This document shows, piece after piece, positions 1 through 11,646 of a stretch of 64,000 bases of DNA. Position 1 is the first letter of the stretch. Each line of letters starts with the position of its first letter. The translations under genes and the position numbers were made by a program. The notes below the pieces were generated by a model. The model ran no database searches. It was not told the DNA's origin and saw only the letters and a program-made list of their open reading frames with translations. The stretch lies in contig OZ251459.1 in the NCBI GenBank assembly GCA_965242525.1, forward strand, positions 2,496,001-2,560,000, in the 5' to 3' direction. This stretch comes from an uncultured Candidatus Binatia bacterium. GTDB taxonomy: Bacteria; Desulfobacterota; Binatia; UBA9968; JAJDTQ01.

Positions 1-146
1 CCCCGTTGAGCCTCCTGCCCGAGATCGCCGCGGGGGTGGGCATCGACTTCGAGGACCTGGTGGAGCGGATGCTCGACGGCGCGGCGCTGAGGAACGGCGC
101 GTCCGCGGCAAGGACATGGGCGCCCCGGGAGGCCGCCAATGGCTGA
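1..146 (+). CDS. ddl: D-alanine--D-alanine ligase, 3' end (partial)
   Basis: Frame 3 reads PLSLLPEIAAGVGIDFEDLVERML...stop at 144-146, a typical Ddl C-terminus; directly upstream of ftsQ. Confidence 0.8.
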   Translation, partial: PLSLLPEIAAGVGIDFEDLVERMLDGAALRNGASAARTWAPREAANG

Positions 147-1038
147 CGCGCGGGCCCGGTTCCGGCAGGCGGCCCGCCGGGCCGCGGGCCGGCTCGCCGC
201 GGCCTGCGCCGCGGCTCTGCTGGGCTGGTTCGCGCTCGGGTGGTGGTATCCGGGCGCCGTCCCGGAGGCCTACGGGCGCGGCCGGACCATGGTGGAGCAG
301 GCCGCGGCCGGCGTGCAGGCGGTCGCGGGCGGCGCCCTGGCCTACGTCCTGGACCACCCCTACTTCGCCGTCCGGGAGGTCCGGGTCCTGGGGGTCGAGC
401 GGATCGAGGGCGCGGACGTGGTGGTCATGTCGGGGCTGGATCCCCACACGGTGATCTGGCGCATCGACCCCGCGCGGATCGAGGAAAGGGTGCGGCGCCA
501 TCCCTGGGTGAAGGAGGTGAAGGTGCGGCGGGAGTTGCCGGCGCGCCTGGTGTTCAGCGTCGAGGAATGGGTCCCCGCGGGCATCGCGGCCATGGACCAG
601 CTCTACTACGTGGACGAGGACGGCGTGCTGTTCAAGGCCCTGGACGAAGGGGATTCCGTCGATTTCCCGTTCCTTACCGGCCTTCGGAGCGCGGAGCTCC
701 GGCCGCGGGAGCCCGGCGTGCGGAAGAAGCTGTCCCAGGCCCTGGCCTTCGCCCGGTCGGTGGAGCGCACGACCCTGGGCCTCTCGGAGGTCCGTTTCCA
801 GCCCGGCGGCGGCATCGTCCTCTATCCGGTCTCCTATCCGGTGCCGTTCCACGTGGGCTGGGGCGACTGGGACCGCAAGCTGGCCCGGCTGCGCTGGTTC
901 GTGCAGGAGTTCCGGGGACAACAGGCCCGTTTCAAGGCCGTTGACGTGAGTTTCCGGGGACAGGTGATCGCGCGCCCGCGGGGAAGACACGGTCCCATGG
1001 ACATGACCGCGGGGAGAGGCACGAAGAGCCATGGCTAA
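139..1038 (+). CDS. ftsQ: Cell division protein FtsQ
   Basis: N-terminal TM helix, POTRA-like segment (HPWVKEVKVRRELP), position between ddl and ftsA. Confidence 0.9.
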   Translation: MADARARFRQAARRAAGRLAAACAAALLGWFALGWWYPGAVPEAYGRGRTMVEQAAAGVQAVAGGALAYVLDHPYFAVREVRVLGVERIEGADVVVMSGLDPHTVIWRIDPARIEERVRRHPWVKEVKVRRELPARLVFSVEEWVPAGIAAMDQLYYVDEDGVLFKALDEGDSVDFPFLTGLRSAELRPREPGVRKKLSQALAFARSVERTTLGLSEVRFQPGGGIVLYPVSYPVPFHVGWGDWDRKLARLRWFVQEFRGQQARFKAVDVSFRGQVIARPRGRHGPMDMTAGRGTKSHG

Positions 1039-2257
1039 GAAGACGAACGTTGTCGTTGGCCTCGACATCGGGACCCACAAGACCTGCGCGGTGGTGGGGG
1101 AGCAGACCGAGCAGGGACCCGAAGTGGTGGGCGTGGGCATCTACCCGTCGAACGGGCTGCGGAAGGGGGTGGTGATCAACATCGAGGCCACCACGGAATC
1201 CATCAAGAAGGCGGTGGAAGAGGCCGAGATCATGGCCGGGTGCGAGATCAACACCGTCTTTGCCGGCATCGCCGGGGGCCATATCCGGGGGTTCAACAGC
1301 CACGGGGTGGTGGCGGTCAAGGACAGGGAAGTGACCGACGCCGATGTGGACCGGGTCATCGAGGCGGCCAAGGCGGTGGCGATCCCCATGGACCGGGAGG
1401 TGCTCCACGTGCTGCCGCAGGAGTTCGTCATCGACGGACAGGAGGGCATCCAGGAGCCCCGGGGCATGATGGGGGTCCGGCTCGAAGCCAGCGTGCACAT
1501 GGTGACGGGCGCGGTGGCCGAGGCCCAGAACATCATCAAGTGCTGCAACCGGACCGGGCTCAACGTGGCCGACTTCGTGCTGGAGCCGCTGGCCTCCGCG
1601 GACGCGACCCTCACCCCGGAGGAGAAGGAGTTGGGGGTCGCCCTCGTGGACATGGGCGGCGGCACCACCGACATCGCCATGTTCCACGGCGGCTCGGTGC
1701 AGCACACCGCGGTGCTGAGCGTGGGAGGGAACCACCTGACCGGCGACATCGCCGCGGGTCTGCACGCGCCCATGTCCGCGGCGGAGCAGTTGAAGCAGCG
1801 CTACGGCTGTGTGGAGACCAACCTGGCCCGGGGCAGCGAGATGCTCGAAGTGCCCAGCGTGGGAGGACGGGTCCCCCGGTCGGTGTCGCGGCAGGTCCTG
1901 TGCGAGATCATCAAGCCCCGAGTGGAGGAGATATTCCAGCTCATCCATCGGGAGATCGCCAAGTCCGGCCACCAGGAGAGCGTGGGCTCCGGCATCGTCA
2001 TGACCGGCGGCTCCACGCTGTTGCCGGGCATGATCGAGATGGCGGAGACGGTCTTCAACATGCCGGTGCGCCAGGGCGTGCCCACCAACGTCACGGGGCT
2101 GGTGGACGTGGTGTCCAGCCCGGTCTATTCCACCGGCACCGGGCTGTTCCTGTACGGCCTCGGCAAGCAGGAAAGGAACCTGTTCCGGGTCCGGGACGGC
2201 GACCTGTTCTTCAAGGTCCGGGGGCGGATGACCGAGTGGTTCAAGGAGTTCTTTTGA
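1031..2257 (+). CDS. ftsA: Cell division protein FtsA
   Basis: GLDIGTHK and VDMGGGTTD actin-like motifs, amphipathic C-terminus EWFKEFF. Confidence 0.98.
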   Translation: MAKKTNVVVGLDIGTHKTCAVVGEQTEQGPEVVGVGIYPSNGLRKGVVINIEATTESIKKAVEEAEIMAGCEINTVFAGIAGGHIRGFNSHGVVAVKDREVTDADVDRVIEAAKAVAIPMDREVLHVLPQEFVIDGQEGIQEPRGMMGVRLEASVHMVTGAVAEAQNIIKCCNRTGLNVADFVLEPLASADATLTPEEKELGVALVDMGGGTTDIAMFHGGSVQHTAVLSVGGNHLTGDIAAGLHAPMSAAEQLKQRYGCVETNLARGSEMLEVPSVGGRVPRSVSRQVLCEIIKPRVEEIFQLIHREIAKSGHQESVGSGIVMTGGSTLLPGMIEMAETVFNMPVRQGVPTNVTGLVDVVSSPVYSTGTGLFLYGLGKQERNLFRVRDGDLFFKVRGRMTEWFKEFF

Positions 2258-2356
2258 TCGGACGGGCGCGGGGCGGAAGCGGGTGGTCCGCAGGACCGCT
2301 CCGCCTCCGGTGAAGCGGCAACCATAGGCAACACAGGTGAAAAAGGAGGAAGGTCC

Positions 2357-3577
2357 ATGTTCGAGATGGTGGAACCGATAGATTCGGGCGCGCGCATCAA
2401 GGCCATCGGCATCGGCGGCGGCGGCGGCAACGCGGTCAACACGATGATCGACGAGGGGCTTCGGGGCGTGGATTTCATGGTGGCCAACACCGACAGCCAG
2501 GCGCTGGACGTGAGCAAGGCCGAGATCAAGATCCAGATCGGGGATTCCCTCACCAAGGGGCTCGGGGCCGGCGCCAACCCGGAAGTGGGCCGGCGCGCGG
2601 CCATGGAGGACAAGGAGAGGATCCGCGAGTACCTCACCGGCGCGGACATGATATTCATCACCGCGGGGATGGGCGGGGGCACGGGCACCGGCGCCGCGCC
2701 CATCGTCGCCAGCGTGGCCAAGGAACTGGGAGCGCTGACCGTGGGCGTGGTCACCAAACCCTTCATCTTCGAGGGGAAGCGGCGCATGCAGCAGGCGGAG
2801 GAAGGGATCCGGGACCTCAAGGACAAGGTGGACACCCTGGTGGTCATCCCCAACCAGAGGCTCCTGAGCGTCGCCGGCAAGTCCACGACCCTGCTGGAGA
2901 CCTTCAAGGTGGCGGACGGCGTGGTGACCCAGGCGGTCCGGGGCATCTCGGACCTGATCGTGACCCCGGGGCTCATCAACCTCGACTTCGCCGACGTGCG
3001 TACGGTGATGAAGGACATGGGGTTCGCGCTCATGGGCGCGGCGTCCGCGTCGGGCGAGAACCGCGCGGTGGAGGCCGCGGGACACGCCATCTCCAGCCCG
3101 TTGCTGGAAGACATCTCCATCAACGGCGCCCGCGGGGTGCTCATCAACGTCACCGGCGGACCGGACATGGGCCTGTTGGAGGTCAACGAGGCGGCCACCC
3201 TGATCCAGGAGGAAGCCCACGAAGACGCCACCATCATCTTCGGCGCGGTCATCGACGAGAACATCGAGAACGAGCTGCGGATCACGGTCATCGCCACGGG
3301 GTTCGGCAACGAGGTCCGGTCGTCGGAACCGCTGCCGTCGAAGGAGCCGGCGCCGCAGAAGCAGGCCTCCCGCGGGCATGGCCTCAAGGGCGCCAGGGAC
3401 AGGAAGGTGGTCCACCTCGGCACCCTGGTGGACGACGACTTCGACATGCCCCGGTGGGAGCACGAGGGCGAAGACCGGGATTCGGGCGCCTCGCAGACCC
3501 CCTACGAGCTCAAGGAGGACGATGTGAGCGAGGAGGACATCGACATCCCGACGTTCCTGCGCAAGCGCATGGACTAG
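2357..3577 (+). CDS. ftsZ: Cell division protein FtsZ
   Basis: [18 protein letters not shown] tubulin signature, C-terminal DIPTFLRK; AGGAGG RBS upstream. Confidence 0.99.
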   Translation: MFEMVEPIDSGARIKAIGIGGGGGNAVNTMIDEGLRGVDFMVANTDSQALDVSKAEIKIQIGDSLTKGLGAGANPEVGRRAAMEDKERIREYLTGADMIFITAGMGGGTGTGAAPIVASVAKELGALTVGVVTKPFIFEGKRRMQQAEEGIRDLKDKVDTLVVIPNQRLLSVAGKSTTLLETFKVADGVVTQAVRGISDLIVTPGLINLDFADVRTVMKDMGFALMGAASASGENRAVEAAGHAISSPLLEDISINGARGVLINVTGGPDMGLLEVNEAATLIQEEAHEDATIIFGAVIDENIENELRITVIATGFGNEVRSSEPLPSKEPAPQKQASRGHGLKGARDRKVVHLGTLVDDDFDMPRWEHEGEDRDSGASQTPYELKEDDVSEEDIDIPTFLRKRMD

Positions 3578-3731
3578 AGGCCGGGCCGTCGGGGCGGTCC
3601 GCGATGGCCGCGGTCAGGGACCGCGCGCCGACCCCGGGCGGATGGACCGGGGGACGGGCCGTCGGGGCGATCCCGGCCGTCGCGTAAAGTAGAACTTCAG
3701 GTTCTCGGGCGGATGGACCGGGGCCGGGCCG

Positions 3732-3998
3732 TCAGGGCGATGGGGCGCCCGCCTGCCCGCGGGCGTCCGGCGCGCGGCCCTGCAAGAGGAGCGGCAGCGT
3801 GCCCCACACCCCGAGGACGAGGCCGGCCAGGGTCCAGCCCACCCGGTTGCGCCCGCCGTGCCTGGCGATGACCAGGCACAGGACGCCGTCGCACAGGTGC
3901 ACCGCCAGCACCGTCGCCGCCAGTGCGTGGACGTCCAGGTCGGGCTTGATGAAATAGACGCCGGATGCGTATCCGAGCAGCGTGATCCAGTCCGCCAT
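3732..3998 (-). CDS. Small membrane protein, hypothetical
   Basis: MADWITLLG... 88 aa with two hydrophobic segments; GGGGAAGGGAAG purine tract before the ATG. Confidence 0.6.
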   Translation of the reverse strand: MADWITLLGYASGVYFIKPDLDVHALAATVLAVHLCDGVLCLVIARHGGRNRVGWTLAGLVLGVWGTLPLLLQGRAPDARGQAGAPSP

Positions 3999-4033
3999 CT
4001 TCCCTTCCCCCAGGGCCAGCCGCACGCGGATGC

Positions 4034-4061
4034 TTGACCCTTCTCCGAAGGGTACTATATT
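4034..4061 (+). promoter_or_regulatory. Putative sigma70 promoter for mtnA-gshA
   Basis: TTGACC-16 nt-TATATT. Confidence 0.35.
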
Positions 4062-4092
4062 GGAGTCTGCACGAAAGACAACCGGGAACTCC

Positions 4093-4295
4093 CCCGTTCG
4101 TCCCGAGCGCAGGGGAGATCCCCATTGACCCTGAGCGAAACGAAGCAGAGCCGAAGGAAGCATAGCGAAGCAGAGCCGAGGGGAGCGAAACGAAGCAGGG
4201 CCGAAGGAAGCGTAGCGAAGCAGGGCCGAGGGAAGCGTAGCGAAGCACATATTCCCCGTTCGTCCTGAGCGTAGCGAAGCGAAGTCGAAGGACGC
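4093..4295 (+). repeat. CGTC-type REP family B copy plus tandem array of degenerate subunits
   Basis: CCCGTTCGTCCTGAGCGTAGCGAAGCGAAGTCGAAGGACGC at 4254-4295, preceded by about 5 imperfect GCGAAGCAG(A/G)GCCGA units. Confidence 0.85.
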
Positions 4296-4335
4296 GCTTT
4301 CCACAGGCAGAAAGCCCAAGCCGGATCGAACGCAC

Positions 4336-5390
<1,055 letters not shown>

Positions 5391-5394
<4 letters not shown>

Positions 5395-6749
5395 GCGCGG
5401 GCGCCATGGCCGTGGTCGAGCGACAGGACGAGCTGGAAGCCTTCTTCCACGACGCGGGCAAGCCCCGCGAGCAATGGCGGGTGGGCACCGAGTACGAGAA
5501 GGTGGGCATCGAGCGCGACACCGCCCGGGCCCTCTCGTATTCCGGCCCGCGGGGCGTCCGGGCCATACTCCAAGCGCTGGTGAGCGAGCACGGTTGGGAG
5601 CCGCAAGAGGAGCACGGCCATCTCATCGGCTTGGCCCGGGGCAACCACGCCGTCACCCTGGAGCCCGGAGGCCAGATCGAGTTGAGCGGCGAGCCGTGCG
5701 AGGACGTCCATTGCAGCAACGCCGAGTTCTCCCAGCACATCCGCGAGCTGATCCACGTGGCCGAACGGTTCGACGTGGCGTTCCTGGGCCTGGGCATCCA
5801 GCCCTTCAGCCGGGTGGAGGACATCGAGTGGCTGCCCAAGCGGCGCTACGGCATCATGGGTCCGTACATGGCCAGGACGGGCGCCCTGGGCCACCGCATG
5901 ATGAAGCAGACCGCCACCGTGCAGGCGAACATCGACTACGGCGACGAGAAGGACGCCATGGCCAAGCTGCGGACGGCCATGGGGCTGGCGCCGGTCATCG
6001 GCGCGGCCTTCGCCAACTCGCCCATATCGGACGGCGAGCCCAACGGCTTCAAGAGCTACCGGGGCCACATCTGGACGCGCACGGACAAGGACCGCTGCGG
6101 GCTGCTGGAGTTCTGCTTCTCACCGGACGCCGGCTTCCGCCACTACGTGGAGTACGCCCTGGACGTGCCCATGTACCTCATCGCCCGGGACGGGGGGTAC
6201 CTGGACATGACCGGCGTCCCGTTCCGCCATTTCCTGGAACGGGGACACCAAGGCCATTACGCCACGATGGAGGACTGGCAACTCCACCTGACCACCCTCT
6301 TCCCGGAGGCGCGGCTCAAGCACTACCTGGAGTTCCGCTCCGCGGACAGCCAGTCGCCGGAGTTCATGCCGGCCCTGCCCGCCCTCATCAAGGGCCTGTT
6401 CTACGACGCCGACTGCCTCGACGCGGCCTGGGACCTGGTCAAGGGATGGTCCTTCGACGAGCGGATGACGGCGTACCACGACTCCCACCGCCACGGGTTG
6501 GCCGCACGGTTCCGGCGCTACTCCCTGGGCGACTTGGCAAAGGAGATGATCGAGGTCGCCCGGGAAGGGCTGGTGCGCCAGCGGGCCCTGAACCGGCGGG
6601 GCGAAGACGAGACCATCCACCTGGAGCCCCTCCGCAACCTCGTCCACCAGGGCCTGTGCCCCGCGGACGTCATCCTCTCCAAGTGGCAGGGCGAGTTCCG
6701 CCAGGACCTGAGGTCGCTGATCGAGGACAGTTCCTACAAGCTGCCGTGA
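5391..6749 (+). CDS. gshA: Glutamate--cysteine ligase (GCS2, plant/alphaproteobacterial type)
   Basis: [30 protein letters not shown] and LEFRSAD; GTG overlaps the mtnA stop (alternative ATG 5406). Confidence 0.92.
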
Positions 6750-6811
6750 GCCCGGGCGGTGGAGCGGGGACGGGCAGGCCGATGGTTCGAGTCCAAGGTG
6801 GCGGAGCGAAC

Positions 6812-6974
6812 GCCCACGCCATCATTCCCGCGGACGCCCGCCCCGTCCCGTCATTCCCGCGGACGCCCGCCCCGTCTCGTCATTCCCGCGAAAGCGGGAA
6901 TCCACTTTCATCGCTCTCGTTGTACAAACCTCTCCAGGTCCGATTACTCTTCTCGACCCACTCGACCTTCCATG
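6812..6974. repeat. CGTC-type REP family A (ATTCCC-N8-GGGAAT) with half-unit array and GIY-YIG relic
   Basis: CGTCATTCCCGCGAAAGCGGGAATCC at 6878-6903, two upstream half units; the following about 70 bp match 20383-20465 in inverted orientation. Confidence 0.85.
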
Positions 6975-8498
6975 ATTCTTGAATACGGCCAGCAGGTCGG
7001 AGACGCCCACCGCAAGTCCTTCGGGCAGTTCTTCACGCATCCGAAGGTCGCCGAGTTCATGGTGCGCTGGGTTCTGGGTTCAGGCGGCAAAACGCTTTTC
7101 GATCCCGCCTTCGGGCTTGGGGCGTTTCGAGCAGCGCTGCCTTCCGGGGCAGGCGTCGGGTTCTCCGGATTCGAGCTCGATCCCGACATCATCCGGTTCT
7201 GGGAGAAAAGGACAGGCGAGAGCGCTCACTTCGTCGCCATGAGGGACTATCTGTTGTCCTGGGGTCAACGTCATGCCAACATCGTCTGCAACCCGCCCTA
7301 CATGCGCTTTCAGAAGTTCCTGAATCGCGAGGCGGTCTTCCCGGAGTTTCAGCGCCGCCTGGGGATCGGGCTTTCCGGCTACACGAACATCGCGTCAGCG
7401 TTTCTCCTGAAGTCGATGTCAGAACTCGGTAGTCGGGGAAGACTGGCCTACATCATGCCTTTGGAGTTCCTGAATACCGGCTACGGAGCGACGGTCAAGC
7501 GGCGGTTGGTGGAGTCGGGTCACCTGTTCGCGATGCTTCGTTTCGATTGCGAAAAGGAGGTTTTCCCGGACGCGACGACCTCGGTAGGCGTGGTCCTCTA
7601 CGATAAAGGGGCCTCCTGCTCGTCCGTCCGATTCTACACGCTGGGAAGTATCGCTGACCTGGATGCGTTCGACCGGATGGCGCCGGTTACCGAGGTTCCC
7701 TGCGAGGAACTGGACCCGGAAGCCAAATGGTCCTCGTTGTTCCAGCGCCGGGAGTTCGAAGTGGATCGCGCGCGGATGGCGCCGCTCGCGTCCTTTGGCC
7801 GGTTCGTCAGGGGTATTGCCACGGGCGCAAACGAATTCTTCGTCCTTCGTCCGTCGGTAGCCAGGGAAAGGGGCATCGCTCCGGGTTTCGAGTGCGTTCC
7901 CTGCATCACCAGGAGCGCCCAGGTTCGCAGACCTGTGTTCGACACCGCGGACTACGATGCCCTGTACGAGTCGGACGGGCCGGTTCTGCTGTTTTCCGCT
8001 GGCGGTTCCCTCTCCCGGGCGGCGGCGGAGTACGTCCATTTCGGCGAGCGGTCAGGATTCGACGGCCGCTTTCTGACGAGAAACCGAAAGCCCTGGTACA
8101 GGACGGAAAGCAGAAGCCCTTCGCCGCTTCTGCTGGGCGTTTTCTCAAGAGGGGGGTACAAGATCGTCCTGAACCGCAGCCACGCCCTGAACCTGACCTG
8201 TTTCCACGGTTTTCAACCCAACCTGTTCGGCCACCGGTACGTCGAACACCTGTTCCTGTATTTCTCCTCCGAGACCGGAAGGCGGATCGTTTCGCTCTTC
8301 ATGCGCAAGTACGGCGACTCTCTGGACAAGTTCGAACCCAACGACCTGAACCAGTCCCTGGTTCCCGCGCCGGACTTCTTCGCTGCGATCCCCGCAGCGC
8401 AAGTAACGGAGGCGGTGGCGGTTGCGCGGAAGACAGGGCAACTCCCGCAATGGGTCGAAGGCGTCTTTGCGCCGTTGGCGACACGCTCCGCCATTTGA
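6972..8498 (+). CDS. N6-adenine DNA methyltransferase (gamma class, type II-like), no adjacent endonuclease
   Basis: HRKSFGQFFT, FDPAFGLGAF (motif I), NPPY (motif IV), RGIATGANEFF; lower GC than its neighbours. Confidence 0.88.
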   Translation: MILEYGQQVGDAHRKSFGQFFTHPKVAEFMVRWVLGSGGKTLFDPAFGLGAFRAALPSGAGVGFSGFELDPDIIRFWEKRTGESAHFVAMRDYLLSWGQRHANIVCNPPYMRFQKFLNREAVFPEFQRRLGIGLSGYTNIASAFLLKSMSELGSRGRLAYIMPLEFLNTGYGATVKRRLVESGHLFAMLRFDCEKEVFPDATTSVGVVLYDKGASCSSVRFYTLGSIADLDAFDRMAPVTEVPCEELDPEAKWSSLFQRREFEVDRARMAPLASFGRFVRGIATGANEFFVLRPSVARERGIAPGFECVPCITRSAQVRRPVFDTADYDALYESDGPVLLFSAGGSLSRAAAEYVHFGERSGFDGRFLTRNRKPWYRTESRSPSPLLLGVFSRGGYKIVLNRSHALNLTCFHGFQPNLFGHRYVEHLFLYFSSETGRRIVSLFMRKYGDSLDKFEPNDLNQSLVPAPDFFAAIPAAQVTEAVAVARKTGQLPQWVEGVFAPLATRSAI

Positions 8499-8644
8499 GG
8501 GGAATCTCCCCTTGACACGCGCCGGGATTTGTGTGTAGATGCTCCCGGCAAGCTCAGGTCGGTTGACCGTAACCCGACCGGAACCCATGGCAGGTTCGAA
8601 GATCACTCCCGCAGAAGACCGTAGGACTCTCCACGAGAGGCAAC

Positions 8645-8678
<34 letters not shown>

Positions 8679-9032
8679 ATTTCCCGGAAACCTCCTGACT
8701 GTTCGACCTGTAAGGGTTTTCTTACCCCTTTCCATCCCATCCATCTGCCGGGCCGCTCCTTCCCGGCCCTCGTCTTGCTCCGTTCCGAAACCGGACTCCA
8801 TCCGACCTCGGGTTCCGCGCCCCGGTCCCGGCGCCGAACCCGGGCCGGACCTCTGTATTCCTTTGTCAAGGACGCCTTTCGCGACAACATACGACGGAGG
8901 TGACGCCATGAACGAAATCAGGAGGCGTCGCCGTTCGTTGGAGCCGGAGAATCGTGGCTGGCAGTAACGGAAAGAGACTCGCTTCATGCAGAGGTCTCGA
9001 ACAAACACAGGTGTTCCGAAAAGGAGGAAACC

Positions 9033-10688
9033 ATGAATCCAAAGCACATGACGAATGATTCCGACCGCGTAGCCCCTGACCGCCGCATCCACCTCCCAAC
9101 TCCAACCCCCGTGCGGCCTCGCCGGCGCATTGCCGCGGGTGTCCTGTCCCTCCTGCTCGGCCTCTCCTGCTTCGCCGCCTCTCCGGCCTGGGCGGTCAAG
9201 CTCGGATCGGGCGCCAATGACACGTACACTGTCCCGGAATTCGCCGACGTCCGCGCCTACCTTGCAGCTTCAGTTGAGGATCGCGATGGCTATATCGACG
9301 TCAAGATCAAACATTCAAGCTCAGGCACAGAATACACCTACACCCTTAAGCGGAGGCACCTGGATGCGTTCCATAAGGACTACACCCTGACAGACGAAAA
9401 ACTGATCAAGCGGTATCGTAATGCTGCGGATTATAATGCCGACCCGACACGCGCTAACCGACTCTATGCCTACCTTGAGAACAAGGACAAGGTGTACCGT
9501 GTCAACGACCTCGAAATACGTAACAGGGACCCCTCCACCCTGAATGACCGCAACCTTCCAGACCCTGTAGAGGAGACCCCTGGAAATAATACGGCCATCG
9601 GCGTTGACGCCAGCGCAACAGAGTACAGAGCCATCGCCATCGGCCATAACGCCAGCGCAACGAACCGCGGCGCCATCGCCATCGGTCATCTATCCCAATC
9701 CTCCGGTTGGAAGTCCATTGCCATAGGCTCAGAAGCCAACGCCAGCGGTGGGATTGCAATGGGAAGGAACGCCCGATCCCGTGGGCACGGCATCGCCTTG
9801 GGCCGGTACGCTGACTCTGATGGCGGTGTGTCGTTGGGCAACAGGGCTACCACAGGGCAGTTCGCCACGGCATTGGGAGGCTATTCCAGGGCCACCGCCG
9901 CAGGCGGCGTCGCTGTGGGCGTAGGCGCTAGGGCTGAGGGCCTGAACAGTATCGCCCTGGGCCGGGGCGCGTCCGTTACCGGGACCAGGGGCATCGCCAT
10001 CGGTTCGGGAGTCTCGGCCGTACAGAACGAGGTGGTCATCGGCGGCGCCAAGGGACAACATACCTACAAGTTGCCGGGCTTGGTCAAGACCACCCACACT
10101 TCAGGGACCCGGGTGGTGACCGTGGACAGCCAGGGGCGGCTCTCCACGCAGGCCGCAACCTCTTCCCCTGCCTCCCCTTCCCGGGGCGCCTCCCTGCGGG
10201 GCGGCGCAGTGCTTTCCTCCGAGGTGACCCCCCTGAACCGGGACCTCGGGACCCGGACGGACGCTGCCGACTACGAGAAGGCCCCGGCCATCGGTTCGGG
10301 TCCCGAGGCGCCGGAAACCGCAGAACAGCGCCGGGTGGTGGTGCAGGACACCAACCGGGACGGGTCGGTGCGCCTGCGCACCCTGGACTTCGGTGACCTG
10401 ACGGGGGTAGACCGGCGGTTGGCGGGAGTGGAGCAGCGAGTGACCTCGCTCAGCGACCGGTTGAACAAGGCCACTGCCATGTCGGCGGCCTTGAGCGCGT
10501 TGCCCAACGTGGTGCCGGGGGACAACCGGTTCTTCCTCGGAGTGGGCGCGGGCCACTACAGCAGCGAGCAGGCCCTGGCCATCGGCATGAGCGCCCGGGT
10601 CGGGCGCCACGTGTTCGTGAACGCGGGCGCAGCCCTTGCCAGCGGCGACGACGCGAGCGTTCGCGGCGGCGTGGGCGTAGTCTGGTAG
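9033..10688 (+). CDS. Trimeric autotransporter adhesin (YadA-like)
   Basis: AGGAGG RBS, extended signal peptide, many AIAIG/ALG head repeats, coiled-coil stalk, anchor ending GGVGVVW. Confidence 0.9.
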   Translation: MNPKHMTNDSDRVAPDRRIHLPTPTPVRPRRRIAAGVLSLLLGLSCFAASPAWAVKLGSGANDTYTVPEFADVRAYLAASVEDRDGYIDVKIKHSSSGTEYTYTLKRRHLDAFHKDYTLTDEKLIKRYRNAADYNADPTRANRLYAYLENKDKVYRVNDLEIRNRDPSTLNDRNLPDPVEETPGNNTAIGVDASATEYRAIAIGHNASATNRGAIAIGHLSQSSGWKSIAIGSEANASGGIAMGRNARSRGHGIALGRYADSDGGVSLGNRATTGQFATALGGYSRATAAGGVAVGVGARAEGLNSIALGRGASVTGTRGIAIGSGVSAVQNEVVIGGAKGQHTYKLPGLVKTTHTSGTRVVTVDSQGRLSTQAATSSPASPSRGASLRGGAVLSSEVTPLNRDLGTRTDAADYEKAPAIGSGPEAPETAEQRRVVVQDTNRDGSVRLRTLDFGDLTGVDRRLAGVEQRVTSLSDRLNKATAMSAALSALPNVVPGDNRFFLGVGAGHYSSEQALAIGMSARVGRHVFVNAGAALASGDDASVRGGVGVVW

Positions 10689-10853
10689 TCAGGATGAAGC
10701 GTTCCTATGACCTGTGCAGGGTCGTTCGGTCATATATCCGGTCCGCCAGAGTCAAGATCTTGTCCAGCATGGCCGGTTTCCGTCGCCAACCCCAGGAGGC
10801 GCCCGCGGAAACGGTCGGTGCTCATGCTGCGTTTCCCTTCCGGGATCGGGTGC

Positions 10854-11042
10854 TCAGGCCCGGCCGGCTGTTCGTTCGATGAGGACCCGGAGCGCTTCCA
10901 TCGCTTCCCTGTGCCTAGCGTCTTCGCGCTTCTCGCGCTGGTCTCCGGCCCGGCGCATCTGCCGGATGCCGAGCCATATGGAGCCTACGGCGAGGGCTCC
11001 GACTGCAAGTTGGCCGACAGCTATCCATTCCGTTGGCGTCAT
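10854..11042 (-). CDS. Small TM + coiled-coil protein
   Basis: MTPTEWIAVGQLAVGALAVG... 62 aa, strong AAGGAG RBS. Confidence 0.7.
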   Translation of the reverse strand: MTPTEWIAVGQLAVGALAVGSIWLGIRQMRRAGDQREKREDARHREAMEALRVLIERTAGRA

Positions 11043-11329
11043 CGTGTTTCTCCTTTCCTTTCTCCGAGAGACAAGAATCCTCATGCTGCCGATGGTTGGA
11101 ATTGTCAAGTGTAACGCAACGCTTATCGCTCCGACGGTTTCAATTCCGTTCCTGTCCCTTCCCGGACTGTTCGGGGCCTGTACATATACAAGCAATTTAT
11201 ATGCCAACCTGGCGCACCTTGTCGTCGGGCGCCGGGTATGTCTGACTTCACGGGGTTGCTTGCCGCAGACGGGGGCGCGCCCGCGCCTTCCTTTCGATGG
11301 CTCAGGCTGGCGTCCCGTAGAGGCCGAGG

Positions 11330-11530
11330 CTATTGAGACGGGTCTGCTTGTTGAGGACGACGGATAGACGAAGGGGCTGTCAACCCTTCCAGTAAACCTT
11401 CCAGTCTTGCCATCCGCTCCCGGAGGTCGCCAATATCCCGTCGCATGGCGGCTTGACCGGGGAGAATCAACGCGGCGAGTCCCAAGCCGGTTCCGACGAT
11501 GGCGATCAAGGTGGCAATCAGTTCCGTCAT
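11330..11530 (-). CDS. Small TM + coiled-coil protein
   Basis: MTELIATLIAIVGTGLGLAALIL...DLRERMARLEGLLEG, 66 aa. Confidence 0.7.
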   Translation of the reverse strand: MTELIATLIAIVGTGLGLAALILPGQAAMRRDIGDLRERMARLEGLLEGLTAPSSIRRPQQADPSQ

Positions 11531-11646
11531 GTTGAGAGAATACACGGTGTGAGGGCTGGTGTCAAACAGGAACGGACTCCCTTACCCTGACCCTAAAACG
11601 CCTTCTTGATCCATCCTAAGCCGTTTTTGGCCGGCCAGTTCTCCAT

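Noticed and set aside
6778-6800. GGTTCGAGTCC, a tRNA T-loop-like motif
   Set aside because: No cloverleaf or acceptor stem around it
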